Part shown: piece after piece, positions 44,989 to 55,604 of the stretch
Layout: every line of letters starts with the position of its first letter
How positions within the stretch are numbered: the stretch's first letter is position 1
Source of the DNA: Polynucleobacter sp.
GTDB taxonomy: Bacteria; Pseudomonadota; Gammaproteobacteria; Burkholderiales; Burkholderiaceae
Assembly: GCA_030696845.1 (NCBI GenBank)
Contig: JAUYRJ010000081.1
Coordinates: 3,919-67,918 of the forward strand
Length of the DNA: 64,000 nucleotides
Direction: 5' to 3'
Translations under genes and position numbers: made by a program
Notes under the pieces: model-generated
The model's database searches: none
What the model was told of the DNA's origin: nothing
Seen by the model: the letters and a program-made list of their open reading frames with translations, nothing else

Positions 44989-45732
44989 ATGCCTCAATTT
45001 TATCTTCCTCCCCCATGGGAGACCCAAAAACCCCACCCGCTGACTCCGGAATTACTCCACCACCTGCGGGTTCGCCGCATTGCCGAAGGGCAGTCCATTC
45101 CCATTTTCGATGGCGCTGGGCAAACAGCTACGGCTACCCTAGTTCGCCTCGGCAGCAAAGCCGGTGAACTCACGATTGCGCAAATCCAGACGGATACTGC
45201 GCGCGAGCCGTCCTACGGCATCACCTTAGCCCAAGGCCTAGCGGGTGGCGACAAAATGGACTGGGTGATTGAAAAAGCGGTTGAGACCGGGGCTAAAGCG
45301 ATTGCACCCCTGCAATGCGAGCGCTCCGTGATCAAACTGACTCGCGCTAGCGATGCCGATCGCGCTGAAAAACGCCGAGTGCACTGGCAGGCCATTACTC
45401 AAGCAGCCTGTGAACAGTGCGAGCGTACGGTGCTACCCGTCATTGAGCCGGTTCAGACCATAACAGACTACCTCAGCACTACCGCAGCAAGCCCCGCCCT
45501 CAAGTTCATATTGTGTCCAGGCAAGCACCCCACCCTCGTCAGCACCATTCGTTCCGTCGCTGCGCAAAACACCCACATTCTGATTGGCCCTGAAGGCGGC
45601 TTCACACCGGAAGAGGTAAATCTGGCGATGGCCGCCGGATTCAAGCCTGTTTCGCTGGGCAGCCGCATTTTGCGTACGGAAACCGCCGGCATTGTGGCGA
45701 TCAGCAGCATCCATGCCATTTGGGATTGTTAA
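44989..45732 (+). CDS. rsmE: 16S rRNA (uracil1498-N3)-methyltransferase
   Basis: [20 protein letters not shown] and [12 protein letters not shown] motifs. Confidence 0.95.
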   Translation: MPQFYLPPPWETQKPHPLTPELLHHLRVRRIAEGQSIPIFDGAGQTATATLVRLGSKAGELTIAQIQTDTAREPSYGITLAQGLAGGDKMDWVIEKAVETGAKAIAPLQCERSVIKLTRASDADRAEKRRVHWQAITQAACEQCERTVLPVIEPVQTITDYLSTTAASPALKFILCPGKHPTLVSTIRSVAAQNTHILIGPEGGFTPEEVNLAMAAGFKPVSLGSRILRTETAGIVAISSIHAIWDC

Positions 45733-45757
45733 GCAGAAATACCCCCTTTAGTGTTAG

Positions 45758-45800
45758 GTAATGCACTTGCATTGACTTGGTAATGCAAGTGCATTACTAT
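45758..45800 (+). promoter_or_regulatory. Sigma70 promoter overlapped by a perfect 16-bp inverted repeat (PrlF-YhaV operator)
   Basis: GTAATGCACTTGCATT (45758-45773), 8-bp spacer, AATGCAAGTGCATTAC (45782-45797). -35 TTGACT (45772-45777) and -10 TACTAT (45795-45800) are 17 bp apart. Confidence 0.8.
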
Positions 45801-45830
45801 TGATGCAATCCACCATCTGAGGCGCATGCC

Positions 45831-46160
45831 ATGCCAATCACACTTGAAGTTGAATCCACCCTCACCGATCGTTACCAGACCACGGTTCCCGAGACAGTGC
45901 GTCGCGCTTTACATCTTGGCAAGCGCGATAAGATTCACTACACCGTTCGCCCCGATGGGGTGGTTGAGCTAACTAGGGCTCAAGCCTCCCTAGAGGATGA
46001 CCCCGTTCTCGATGCTTTTTTAGTCTTTTTAGCCAAGGACATGGCAAATCATCCCGAACGCATTCAGGCGATGGATGCGCAATGGGTATCGCGCTTACAG
46101 TCCTTGGTTGGCGAGATCAAAGTGGACCTCAATACCGCATTATCGGCAGACGATGAATGA
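45831..46160 (+). CDS. prlF: PrlF (SohA) family antitoxin
   Basis: ESTLTDRYQTTVPETVRRAL.L.KRDKIHY and DDPVL.AFL.FLA.DM..HPER motifs. Confidence 0.92.
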   Translation: MPITLEVESTLTDRYQTTVPETVRRALHLGKRDKIHYTVRPDGVVELTRAQASLEDDPVLDAFLVFLAKDMANHPERIQAMDAQWVSRLQSLVGEIKVDLNTALSADDE

Positions 46161-46663
46161 GCAACAATCCGTCGCTACCACTAGCCATTCATGGCTGGAC
46201 GATTTTTGCCCACCCTCTTTTTTTAGATCAACTCGAGCGACTTGCCGAGCAAGTCACCCTCTTGAAGAAAAAAAATGCCACCGACTACATCAGGAAAAAT
46301 GCCACTAAACGCCTTGCGGCCATCCTGCAGCTAGCCTTTGATACGATCCCACAAGACCCGACTCGATCAGAATATCGGCAAGGCGGCGCATTGGGTGCAA
46401 AGCATGCGCATTGGTTTCGTGCCTGCTTTTTTCAGCAATACCGTCTTTTCTTTCGCTATCACCAATCTAGCAAAGTGATTATCTTGGGTTGGGTGAACGA
46501 TGACCATATTAAGCGTGCCTATGAAAGTAGCAAGGACGCTTACCGCGTTTTCCAGAACCTGTTGGCCAGGGGACACCCTCCGACCGATTGGGATGCATTG
46601 CTCTTGGAGGCGAAATCAGGGCAGAGGCGCCTGCGCGATATGGCGGCACTCATCAATCCATAA
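46157..46663 (+). CDS. yhaV: YhaV family ribonuclease toxin
   Basis: GWTIFAHPLF, NATKRLAAI, WFRA.FFQQYRLFFRYH and WVND...KRAYES..DAYRVF motifs. Confidence 0.92.
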   Translation: MSNNPSLPLAIHGWTIFAHPLFLDQLERLAEQVTLLKKKNATDYIRKNATKRLAAILQLAFDTIPQDPTRSEYRQGGALGAKHAHWFRACFFQQYRLFFRYHQSSKVIILGWVNDDHIKRAYESSKDAYRVFQNLLARGHPPTDWDALLLEAKSGQRRLRDMAALINP

Positions 46664-46696
46664 AAACAAATCCATAAAACAAGTCCATAAAAATAA
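46656..46696 (+). repeat. About 13-14-bp tandem repeat x3 spanning the yhaV stop codon
   Basis: ATCCATAAAAACAA ATCCATAAAACAA GTCCATAAAAATAA. Confidence 0.8.
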
Positions 46697-46718
46697 AGGC
46701 CCTCTAAGGGCCTTTATT
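46692..46718. terminator. Bidirectional terminator-like hairpin between yhaV and the barstar gene
   Basis: AATAAAGGCCCT-CTA-AGGGCCTTTATT, a perfect 12-bp stem. Confidence 0.8.
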
Positions 46719-46737
46719 GTCTGCAATAGAACTCGGT

Positions 46738-47355
46738 TTACGCGAAAGAATAAAACACGCGATACGGTACGCGGCGCTCCGACCAGAAGTCCACTGCGTC
46801 GCGGAAGACATCCAACAAAGTCTCACGCGCTTCTTTGTCAAACTTCTGGGTGCATGGCAAGCCCTCCAGAACCACCACGAAACCCGGCTGAGGACCGGCT
46901 TTATCAACGAGTGTGGTTAAGGTATCCAACAGGGGGTCGTAGTTTTTAGCCTGCTGCTTGGTAAACATATAGGCATGGGCAATCGACTCCAGCACCTCAC
47001 CCTTAGTGACTGCATTAGCGCAATTGGCGTAAATGAAGTGCTGACCGAGTTCGCCAGCCGCTTCCATTAAATCATTGATCCGAAACGCCCGAATCGACTG
47101 CACAATATTGGGTCGAACACTGCGGAGCATGGCGGGAGGACCTGCATCGCGAACGGCTAAGGCCGCGCGCCACGAGGCAGGCACTTTTTTGCTCGATGCA
47201 TGATTGGCAGCAAGTGTTTGCAAACGCGATAAGCCACCCTGAGCGTAGACATTGGTCGCAGATGGCTCGCCATCGGCTTGATCATTTCTGTCCCAGCTTT
47301 CTGCGCGACTGTGATCGTCCCAGCTTGCTGATGTAGTGTTTTCAGGATTATTCAT
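46738..47355 (-). CDS. Barstar (ribonuclease inhibitor) family protein with N-terminal extension
   Basis: C-terminal half YANCANA.TK..VL..IA.AY.F....AKNYD.L.D.LT...GFVVVLE..P...LLDVFRDA.DFW fits the barstar fold. Confidence 0.8.
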   Translation of the reverse strand: MNNPENTTSASWDDHSRAESWDRNDQADGEPSATNVYAQGGLSRLQTLAANHASSKKVPASWRAALAVRDAGPPAMLRSVRPNIVQSIRAFRINDLMEAAGELGQHFIYANCANAVTKGEVLESIAHAYMFTKQQAKNYDPLLDTLTTLVDKAGPQPGFVVVLEGLPCTQKFDKEARETLLDVFRDAVDFWSERRVPYRVFYSFA

Positions 47356-47442
47356 GATGGGTAGAAGATTACCCGTATACCGCCATCAAATCAAGCCCAA
47401 TTCCGGGTGATTTTTTATAAACTACTGTTTTGTATAGGTAAA

Positions 47443-47472
47443 TATATATGTGAGCGTTTGCTCACATATATA
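47443..47472 (-). terminator. Perfect 13-bp hairpin just after the maeB stop
   Basis: TATATATGTGAGC-GTTT-GCTCACATATATA, followed by TTT on the minus strand. Confidence 0.65.
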
Positions 47473-47480
47473 AATTATCC

Positions 47481-49820
47481 CTAATTTCCCTTCGTACGCG
47501 CCTTACTTGCCGCTTCGACCACCGCTAAAGCAGTGATATTCACGATCCGCCGAACCGTTGCAGCAGGGGTCAAAATGTGTACCGGCTTAGCCACACCCAA
47601 GAGCAATGGGCCAATGGCAATGCCATTGCCGGCCGCGGTCTTGAGTAAGTTGTACGAGATATTCGCCGCATCAATATTAGGCAGCACCAGTAAATTGGCC
47701 GCGCCCTCAAGCGGGGATGCAGTCACTGCGCCCGCCCGCACTTCTGGATCGAGCGCGCAATCGCCATGCATCTCGCCATCGACCTCCAGATCCGGAGCGG
47801 CTTTCTTCAGAATCGCCAGTACCTGACGCATCTTGACTGCAGAAGGCGCATCGCTTGAACCAAAATTTGAATGCGACAGTAAGGCCACCTTAGGCGTCAT
47901 GCCTAATTTGCGCATTTCACTGGCGGCCATCAAGGTGATTTCCGCTAACTGCTCCGCCGTTGGATCCATATTAACGTGGGTATCCACTAAAAATACTTGG
48001 CGCCCCGGCAAAATCAAACCGCTCATCGCACCATAGACATTCGCGCCCGGCTCAAGACCGATGACTTCATCAATGTATTTGAGGTGAGCGGACACTTTAC
48101 TGATCGTGCCGCAAATCATGCCATCGGCCATGCCCTTGGAAAGTAGGGTCGAACCAATTAAGGTATTGCGACGGCGCATTTCCAGTTTCGCAAACGACTC
48201 GGTGACGCCTTTGCGTTCCATCACCGCCAAATAGGATTTCCAAAAATCGCCAAAGCGCGCGTCGTCTTCGGGATTCACGATATCAATATCGGTGCCTGGC
48301 GCCATGCGTAAACCGAACTTCTCAATGCGGTGCTCAATCACACCAGGGCGACCAATCAAGATCGGCTTGGCAAGGCCTTCATCCAAAATAATTTGCACGG
48401 CGCGCAAGACGCGCTCATCTTCACCCTCGCAAAAGACAATGCGCTTTTGATCGCCGGGCACGCCTTTGGCAATCGTAAAGAGCGGCTTCATGAGGGTGCC
48501 AGAGTGATACACAAACTGCTGCAACTGATTGCGGTACGCATCAAAATCTTTGATCGGGCGCAGGGCCACGCCATCATCCATGGCCGCTTTCGCTACCGCT
48601 GGCGCAATGACCGTAATCAAGCGCGGATCAAATGGTTTTGGAATTAAATACTCTGGACCAAAGGATAAGTTCTCGGTGCTATACACCGCGGCGACCACTT
48701 CGCTTTGCTCTGCTTGGGCCAACTCCGCTACCGCTTTCACCGCAGCCACTTCCATGCCGCGCGTAATGGTGGTTGCGCCCACGTCTAAAGCACCGCGGAA
48801 GATAAAGGGGAAGCACAGGACGTTATTAACTTGATTCGGGTAATCGGTACGACCGGTCGCCATGACGGCATCAGGCCGTACGATCTTCACTTCTTCTGGC
48901 AGGATCTCGGGCGTCGGATTAGCCAGTGCGAACACCAATGGCTTATCCGCCATCTTCTTGACCATCTCGGATTTCAGAACGCCGCCAGCAGACAAGCCCA
49001 AGAAAATATCCGCGCCTTCAATCACGTCACCCAAGGTACGTAAATCGGTTTCTTGCGCGAATGGCTCTTTCTCGGGATCCATCAACTCTTTGCGACCCTT
49101 GTACACGACACCCGCGATATCGGTAACCCAAATGTTTTTTCTGGGCACACCTAAATCCACCATCAAGTCGATGCAGGCGAGCGCCGCGGCGCCAGCGCCA
49201 GAGGTCACAAGCTTCACATTACTGACGTCTTTACCAACCACTTTTAAGCCATTCAGAATCGCTGCCGCCACCACAATCGCTGTACCGTGCTGATCATCAT
49301 GAAAGACTGGAATCTTCATGCGGGCTTGCAACTTACGCTCGACTACAAAACAATCGGGCGCCTTAATGTCTTCTAAATTAATACCGCCAAAAGTTGGCTC
49401 AAGCGCAGCGATGATCTCAACCAATTTATCGGGATCGTTTTCATTGACTTCGATATCAAAGACATCAATGCCAGCGAACTTCTTAAATAAAACCGATTTG
49501 CCTTCCATGACAGGCTTACTTGCCAATGGGCCAATATTGCCAAGACCCAGCACCGCAGTACCGTTGGTAATCACGCCCACTAAATTGCCACGCGCGGTAT
49601 AACGAAACGCGTTAGCAGGATCTTTGGCGATTTCTTCGCAAGCAGCGGCAACACCCGGGGTATAGGCCAGAGCTAAATCACGCTGATTAGTTAATTGTTT
49701 GGTCGGCGCAATCTCGATCTTGCCCGGCACCGGAAACTCATGGTAGTGGAGGGCGGCGGCACGTAAGGCCTTGATTTGCTGTTCTTTAATGCTATCGGAT
49801 TGGCTCATTGCTTCACTCAC
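47481..49820 (-). CDS. maeB: NADP-dependent malic enzyme with phosphotransacetylase-like domain
   Basis: [33 protein letters not shown] and EVDGEMHGD motifs. Confidence 0.96.
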   Translation of the reverse strand: MSEAMSQSDSIKEQQIKALRAAALHYHEFPVPGKIEIAPTKQLTNQRDLALAYTPGVAAACEEIAKDPANAFRYTARGNLVGVITNGTAVLGLGNIGPLASKPVMEGKSVLFKKFAGIDVFDIEVNENDPDKLVEIIAALEPTFGGINLEDIKAPDCFVVERKLQARMKIPVFHDDQHGTAIVVAAAILNGLKVVGKDVSNVKLVTSGAGAAALACIDLMVDLGVPRKNIWVTDIAGVVYKGRKELMDPEKEPFAQETDLRTLGDVIEGADIFLGLSAGGVLKSEMVKKMADKPLVFALANPTPEILPEEVKIVRPDAVMATGRTDYPNQVNNVLCFPFIFRGALDVGATTITRGMEVAAVKAVAELAQAEQSEVVAAVYSTENLSFGPEYLIPKPFDPRLITVIAPAVAKAAMDDGVALRPIKDFDAYRNQLQQFVYHSGTLMKPLFTIAKGVPGDQKRIVFCEGEDERVLRAVQIILDEGLAKPILIGRPGVIEHRIEKFGLRMAPGTDIDIVNPEDDARFGDFWKSYLAVMERKGVTESFAKLEMRRRNTLIGSTLLSKGMADGMICGTISKVSAHLKYIDEVIGLEPGANVYGAMSGLILPGRQVFLVDTHVNMDPTAEQLAEITLMAASEMRKLGMTPKVALLSHSNFGSSDAPSAVKMRQVLAILKKAAPDLEVDGEMHGDCALDPEVRAGAVTASPLEGAANLLVLPNIDAANISYNLLKTAAGNGIAIGPLLLGVAKPVHILTPAATVRRIVNITALAVVEAASKARTKGN

Positions 49821-49892
49821 AGATAAGACGATTTGAAGAATGACATTCTATTCCTCTCCGAAGAAACTGGCCAAGGAACATAAAATGGGGAT

Positions 49893-50909
49893 ATGGAATC
49901 AACATTAGGGGAATTTGATCTGATCTGGCGCTATTTCAAGGCCGGCTCTGAATCCATGGCCCAAACCCCCAATAGCCCCGTATTACTCGGGATTGGGGAT
50001 GATTGCGCCTTAATCGCGCCCGATCCCACGCAAAGCCTGGCCGTTACGAGCGACATGCTGGTGGAAGGTCGGCATTTTTTCGCGGGTGCCAACCCCGAGT
50101 GGCTGGGCCACAAAGCCTTGGCCGTTAACCTTTCGGATCTTGCCGCCATGGGTGCTAAGCCTGTGGGCTTTACCTTGGCCCTTGCCCTCCCCGAGAGCAA
50201 TGCGACGTGGTTGGAGCAATTTAGCCACGGCCTGTTTCGCTTGGCGCAAGCGTGGCAATGCCCCCTGATCGGTGGCGACACCACCCAGGGCCCACTCACC
50301 ATTTGCATTACCGCGATCGGTAGTGTGCCCGCAGGCGCCGCCATTCAGCGCTCTGGCGCCCAGGTCGGTGACGATATTTGGGTCTCTGGCACCTTGGGCG
50401 ATGCGCGGCTAGCACTTGGAGCCCTGCGCCACGAATGGCCACTAGATCACGTCCAGTTAGAAGCCGTAGTGCCCCGCATGCATCAGCCCGAACCGCGCAT
50501 AGCTTTGGGCGTGGCACTGCGCGGCATTGCCAGTGCAGCGCTCGATGTGTCGGACGGGTTGCTCGGGGATTTACGGCACATCCTAACGGCATCGCAGGTC
50601 AGCGCTGAAGTGGATATCGATGCACTACCGATTTCCAAAACCCTAGCCCAGCAAACCGAAGCGATTCGCTGGCAGTGCGCTGCCCGTGGCGGCGATGACT
50701 ATGAGCTATGCTTTACCGCGCCCGCCAGCAAACGCGGCCTGCTGGAAGGTCTGAGCAAACCGCTCCTGCCCCTCACCCGCATCGGGCATATTACGGCCGG
50801 CGATAAGCCGACTATTGCTTTACGCGATGCGCAAGGGGTTTTGCTGAGCCCAGAGCAAAGCGCGCACCTGATGCAATCGTTTGATCATTTCAAATCAAAC
50901 CCAGCATGA
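49893..50909 (+). CDS. thiL: Thiamine-phosphate kinase
   Basis: GEFDLI.RYF, GIGDDCA, GHKALAVNLSDLAAMGA and GGDDYELCFT motifs. Confidence 0.95.
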   Translation: MESTLGEFDLIWRYFKAGSESMAQTPNSPVLLGIGDDCALIAPDPTQSLAVTSDMLVEGRHFFAGANPEWLGHKALAVNLSDLAAMGAKPVGFTLALALPESNATWLEQFSHGLFRLAQAWQCPLIGGDTTQGPLTICITAIGSVPAGAAIQRSGAQVGDDIWVSGTLGDARLALGALRHEWPLDHVQLEAVVPRMHQPEPRIALGVALRGIASAALDVSDGLLGDLRHILTASQVSAEVDIDALPISKTLAQQTEAIRWQCAARGGDDYELCFTAPASKRGLLEGLSKPLLPLTRIGHITAGDKPTIALRDAQGVLLSPEQSAHLMQSFDHFKSNPA

Positions 50910-51496
50910 CCGAGACCACCAACCCCGGCCCAGTGAAAGCCAGCTGGCGCTGGATGTTTCAGACTGCGGGCCGAACCCTGGCGCTGGGCTTTGGAAGCGG
51001 CCTTAGTCCCATCGCGCCCGGCACAGTCGGAACGCTGTGGGCGTGGGCACTCTTTTTGGTAGGGCAATTCTTTTTCACTAGCGACGATTGGATCTGGATC
51101 ATCGGCGGCGGCTTGGTAGCGGCCTGCTGGATTTGTGGTCACGCCAGCGATGAACTTGGTAGTCCGGATTTTGGTGGCATTGTGCTCGATGAGATCTTGG
51201 CTTTTTGGCTGATCTTGCTCTTCATCATGCCAGCATCCTTAGCAGTACAAGCGCTCGCATTTGTACTCTTTCGTTTCTTTGATGCCGTCAAACCCGGGCC
51301 GATTGGCGCGATTGATCGCCACTTTAAATATTCCACATGGCTTGATGCATCCACGCCGCAAACCATCGTGAAAATACTCTGGCGTGGTTTTGGTATTGTG
51401 GTTGATGATCTGGCGGCTGCCTTTGCCACACTGCTGATTCTGGCGCTACTGAGTACCAGCGGTCTTCTGGCGCTCTATTCATCTCTATTTGATTAA
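50906..51496 (+). CDS. pgpA: Phosphatidylglycerophosphatase A
   Basis: GFGSGLSPIAPGTVGT, IVLDEILAF and LFRFFDAVKPGPI motifs. Confidence 0.92.
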   Translation: MTETTNPGPVKASWRWMFQTAGRTLALGFGSGLSPIAPGTVGTLWAWALFLVGQFFFTSDDWIWIIGGGLVAACWICGHASDELGSPDFGGIVLDEILAFWLILLFIMPASLAVQALAFVLFRFFDAVKPGPIGAIDRHFKYSTWLDASTPQTIVKILWRGFGIVVDDLAAAFATLLILALLSTSGLLALYSSLFD

Positions 51497-52033
51497 ATGG
51501 ATTGCATGGCATTTCATCCTTCCCCTCCATCTGCCTCGGCGCATGATTTAGCAAAACAGCTTGCCGCTCTGTTTGTAGAGCGCGGCTGGAGCTTGGCAGT
51601 AGCAGAGTCCTGTACGGGGGGACTGCTTGCCGCCAGCCTAACGGACTTAGCTGGGTCTAGTCAGTGGTTTGAGCGGGGCTATGTCACTTACAGCAATGCG
51701 GCAAAGAGTGCGTGCCTGCAGGTTTCACCGCTACTGATTGAGGCGCAAGGCGCCGTCAGTGAAGCGGTTGCCAGTGAAATGGCCTTGGGAGCGCAATTGA
51801 GTGCCGGCGTTACTGCGGCGATTGCGATTACGGGTATCGCCGGTCCAGGCGGCGGCACACTCGATAAACCGGTTGGCACCGTTTGCTTTGGCTGGGCAGT
51901 GCAAAGTGAACATGAAAGCAATCGCGTGATTGCGACAACGGCGCACTTCGCTGGAGATCGGCAAGCGGTGCGGCAACACGCAGTGGCGTATGCCTTGCAC
52001 GGCTTACTGCAGTGGATTGAAACACCAAATTAA
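51497..52033 (+). CDS. CinA C-terminal / nicotinamide-nucleotide amidohydrolase (PncC) family
   Basis: LAVAESCTGG, GSSQWFERGYVTYSN and ITGIAGPGGG motifs. Confidence 0.9.
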   Translation: MDCMAFHPSPPSASAHDLAKQLAALFVERGWSLAVAESCTGGLLAASLTDLAGSSQWFERGYVTYSNAAKSACLQVSPLLIEAQGAVSEAVASEMALGAQLSAGVTAAIAITGIAGPGGGTLDKPVGTVCFGWAVQSEHESNRVIATTAHFAGDRQAVRQHAVAYALHGLLQWIETPN

Positions 52034-53001
52034 CGCGTTCTGAGCCAACCTTTATGGCGGAAGTAGCTCAGCGGGATCATCGCTGAAATCACCATCGAGA
52101 TAATCGCAACCGGATAACCCCAAGTCTCAGCAAGCTCGGGCATGTATTTAAAGTTCATACCCCAAACGCTAGCGAGTAAGGTGGGTGGCATTAAGGCCAC
52201 AGACACCACCGAGAAGATCTTGATGATCTTACTTTGGTTCAAATTAATAAAACCCACGGTCGCATCCATCAAGAAGTTAATCTTGTCGAACAAAAAGGCG
52301 GTGTGGTTTTCTAAAGAATCGATATCGCGCAAAATCTGCCGCGCTTCTTCTTGTTGTTCATCCGAGAGTAATTTGCTGCGCATTAAAAAAGATAGAGCAC
52401 GGCGCGTATCCATCACATTGCGACGAATGCGGCCATTGGTATCTTCTTCTTTTGCAATGGTTTCTAACACCTCAGCCGCATCCTTGTCGCTGATTTCATC
52501 GGAAAGCACACGCTTACCGGCTTGCTCCAAGTTCTCATAGACTTCTTCCAGCGCATCGGCAGAATATTCAGCGTCGGTGGAATACAGATCAAGCAAAACG
52601 TCTTTCGCATTGCTGACCGAGCCCGGTCGCAAGCGCGCGCGCAAACGCACCAAACGGAACACCGGCAAATCTTCATCGTGAATCGAAAAGAGCACTTGCT
52701 TGGTCATCACAAACGCCACTCGCACGTTGCGCGAGGTTTCTTCTTCGTCCAATAAAAAATCAGTCCGAATGTGAAGCTGACCATCGTCCGCCTCAAAATA
52801 GCGCGCAGACGCCTCCAAATCACCTAAATCGTCTAGTTCTGGCAAAAGTACGCCAAAAGCTTCTTTAATCCAGACTAATTCTTCTTCTTCGGGGTCGATC
52901 ACGTCAATCCAGATGGGATTAACGTGTTTCAGAAGCTCATTGCGATCTTCGACTTGCTCTTGGGAGAGACGGCCATTTTGCAGGACGAACAAGTTGATCA
53001 T
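52030..53001 (-). CDS. corA: Magnesium/cobalt transporter CorA
   Basis: GMN signature (WGMNF) after a TM segment. Confidence 0.95.
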   Translation of the reverse strand: MINLFVLQNGRLSQEQVEDRNELLKHVNPIWIDVIDPEEEELVWIKEAFGVLLPELDDLGDLEASARYFEADDGQLHIRTDFLLDEEETSRNVRVAFVMTKQVLFSIHDEDLPVFRLVRLRARLRPGSVSNAKDVLLDLYSTDAEYSADALEEVYENLEQAGKRVLSDEISDKDAAEVLETIAKEEDTNGRIRRNVMDTRRALSFLMRSKLLSDEQQEEARQILRDIDSLENHTAFLFDKINFLMDATVGFINLNQSKIIKIFSVVSVALMPPTLLASVWGMNFKYMPELAETWGYPVAIISMVISAMIPLSYFRHKGWLRTR

Positions 53002-53075
53002 GGTGAACTCCTTTGGAATGTGCGCTAGTTTATCCTATAGAGAATGACCGTTTCATGAAAATACAGCCAACGCCA

Positions 53076-53918
53076 ATGAACTCTAGCCCAAATACCTTTA
53101 CCCAGCAACTCCAGTCCGCATGGGCTTTGCAAGGCAGCATGCTGTGCGTTGGGCTTGACCCCGACACGGCACGCATTCCCGCATCCCCGCAAGGCAAACC
53201 CCTGGGGATTTTCGAGTTTTGTCGCGACATCGCCGACGCCACCGCCGATGTGGTGTGCGCCTTTAAACCCCAATTCGCCTACTTTGCCTCGCAAGGCGCT
53301 GAAGACCAGCTCGAAAAACTGATTCGCCACCTCAAAGACCGCCACCCGCAAATCCCCGTGATTCTGGACTCCAAACGGGGGGACATTGGCAGCACAGCAG
53401 AGCACTATGCGCTCGAGGCCTTTGAGCGCTATGGCGCCGATGCCATCACCGTGAACCCTTATATGGGTAGTGATTCAATCGCACCCTACCTTAAGCACCA
53501 TGGCAAAGGCGTGATTGTGCTGTGCCGTACCTCAAACCCTGGCGGCTCCGACTTGCAATTTTTGAACATCGCCAGCGACGGTAAGCCCCTCTATTTGCAT
53601 GTCGCTGAACTGGCCGCAAAAAAGTGGAATGCCTCCGGTCAAATCAGCCTGGTGGTGGGCGCTACCTTCCCCGAGGAAATCGCTAAGGTCCGCGCCGTGG
53701 TGGGTGAGATGCCTTTGCTCATACCGGGCATTGGCGCGCAAGGCGGCGACCTAAACGCCACCGTACAAGCGGGCCGAATTTCTAACAAGCCAGGCACTGG
53801 CATGATGATTAATTCATCGCGAGCGATTTTGTACGCCGGTCAGGGGCCTGATTTTGCGGAGCGCGCGCGAGCGGTGGCGATTGAAACGCGCGATGCCCTA
53901 CGCGCCGCTGCCCAATAA
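53076..53918 (+). CDS. pyrF: Orotidine-5'-phosphate decarboxylase
   Basis: [19 protein letters not shown] and [10 protein letters not shown] motifs. Start at 53076 or 53055. Confidence 0.94.
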   Translation: MNSSPNTFTQQLQSAWALQGSMLCVGLDPDTARIPASPQGKPLGIFEFCRDIADATADVVCAFKPQFAYFASQGAEDQLEKLIRHLKDRHPQIPVILDSKRGDIGSTAEHYALEAFERYGADAITVNPYMGSDSIAPYLKHHGKGVIVLCRTSNPGGSDLQFLNIASDGKPLYLHVAELAAKKWNASGQISLVVGATFPEEIAKVRAVVGEMPLLIPGIGAQGGDLNATVQAGRISNKPGTGMMINSSRAILYAGQGPDFAERARAVAIETRDALRAAAQ

Positions 53919-53924
53919 AAAAAT

Positions 53925-54638
53925 TTACTTTGGTAAAGCGATCCGATCCATGTTGGCCAGAATAAATTCTTGGCGAGCGCCATAATCAATCCGCCCTTTG
54001 CGGCAATACTGCACCTTATCAAAACACTTGGGCGCCGGGAGTGCGGAGGCTAAGCTCGCTGCCTGTTCTCGACTGAGCGCATTGGGCGTACTCGCAAAAT
54101 AATGTTTCGCAGCCGCGCCAATGCCAAAGATGCCTTCGCCCCACTCAACCGAATTGAGGTAGATTTCAAATACACGCTCTTTACTGAGAATCAATTCCAA
54201 TAAGCCAGTAATGATCAGTTCTTGGCCTTTACGCAGGTAGTTTTGTTCGGACGATAAAAAGAGGTTTTTACCGAGTTGCTGGGTGATGGTGGAGCCCCCT
54301 CGCAGTACTGGCGCTTTTTTGTTCTTAGCCAAGCGCTGATTTTTTTCCCAGGCCTTTTGCATATCGCTAACCCGCACGCCCGCATGCTGAAAGAAAATAT
54401 CATCCTCGCTCACCAGCACAGCGCGCTTCACACTAGCCGCGATGCGTTCGTAAGGCACCCAACGCGACTCAATCGGGCAAGACCAATGCCAAGTGCATAA
54501 GCGCCAACGCTCGGCCCGCTGAAAGGCCGTGGTACTGGGATCGATAAACGACCACGCCATAATTTGCAGCGCAAAATAGACTTGCATCGCCAAGACGCCC
54601 ACGAGTAGGCATTTGACCGAATACGCAATCCAGCGCAT
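53925..54638 (-). CDS. mtgA: Monofunctional biosynthetic peptidoglycan transglycosylase
   Basis: SEDDIFFQH, RGGSTITQQLGKNLFL and IYLNSVEWGEG motifs. Confidence 0.93.
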   Translation of the reverse strand: MRWIAYSVKCLLVGVLAMQVYFALQIMAWSFIDPSTTAFQRAERWRLCTWHWSCPIESRWVPYERIAASVKRAVLVSEDDIFFQHAGVRVSDMQKAWEKNQRLAKNKKAPVLRGGSTITQQLGKNLFLSSEQNYLRKGQELIITGLLELILSKERVFEIYLNSVEWGEGIFGIGAAAKHYFASTPNALSREQAASLASALPAPKCFDKVQYCRKGRIDYGARQEFILANMDRIALPK

Positions 54639-54641
54639 TGA

Positions 54642-55553
54642 CTAGGCGGTCAGTTCGCGGCGCAAATCGGCCAGAACAGCTCTGGCATCGAGCGCTTTGC
54701 CAAGCTCAGCGCCGCGCCAGACTAAAAACGCATCAGCCGCTTGCTCAACCAACATACCCAATCCATCACTGACTCGGCAACCGTGATGGATCGCTTGCTG
54801 CATCATGCCGGTAATTTTTCCGTAAACCATATCGTAGGCAAACGCGCTTGGCTTAAATAGGCGTTTAGCGACAGCATCGCTGACTGGGGAGTCTGCACCC
54901 AAACCCGCCGCCGTCGCATTAATAATCAGATCAATGGGAGCATCATCGCTACCAAGCGCATCAATGGGGCATACGCTAAGCTGAACTCCGCATTCCTTGG
55001 CTAAGGATTCAAACAGCGCTTGCAATGCCTGCGCTTTATCGATGGAGCGATTGGCAATCACGATCGATCGGGGCTTTTCGTGCAACAAGGGACCCAGTAC
55101 GCCACGCGCCGCGCCGCCAGCACCCAAGAGGCAAATTGACTGACCGGCTAGCGTAATGCCTTGTGCATGCAAGTCGCGCACCAAACCCGCGCCATCGGTA
55201 TTGTCGCCATAGATACGGCCATCGGCATGCCATAAAGTGTTCACTGCGCCCGCGAGCTGCGCGCGAGGCGTTACGACATCCGCCAATGCCTTGGCATCCA
55301 ATTTAAATGGCACGGTGACATTCATGCCCTTGCCGCCCGCCGCAAAAAATGCTCTCGCAGTTTGCGCAAAACCATCGAGCGCCGGCTGCAGGCGACCGTA
55401 ATGCATGGCTTGCGAAGTTTGCTGAGCAAAACGCTCATGAATAACAGGCGACTTGCTGTGCGCAATCGGATTGCCCGCGACCGCATAGACGTCCAAACCC
55501 GGAAAATCACTGGGATTGGTTTCAAGTAGCGATGAAGGTAAATGGTTTGACAT
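54642..55553 (-). CDS. aroE: Shikimate dehydrogenase
   Basis: [24 protein letters not shown] and GAGGAARG motifs. Confidence 0.94.
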   Translation of the reverse strand: MSNHLPSSLLETNPSDFPGLDVYAVAGNPIAHSKSPVIHERFAQQTSQAMHYGRLQPALDGFAQTARAFFAAGGKGMNVTVPFKLDAKALADVVTPRAQLAGAVNTLWHADGRIYGDNTDGAGLVRDLHAQGITLAGQSICLLGAGGAARGVLGPLLHEKPRSIVIANRSIDKAQALQALFESLAKECGVQLSVCPIDALGSDDAPIDLIINATAAGLGADSPVSDAVAKRLFKPSAFAYDMVYGKITGMMQQAIHHGCRVSDGLGMLVEQAADAFLVWRGAELGKALDARAVLADLRRELTA

Positions 55554-55604
55554 AGCTGGAGTGTATCGAATAAGAGTCAATGGGTGCGCGCTAATTGCTT
55601 TGCC

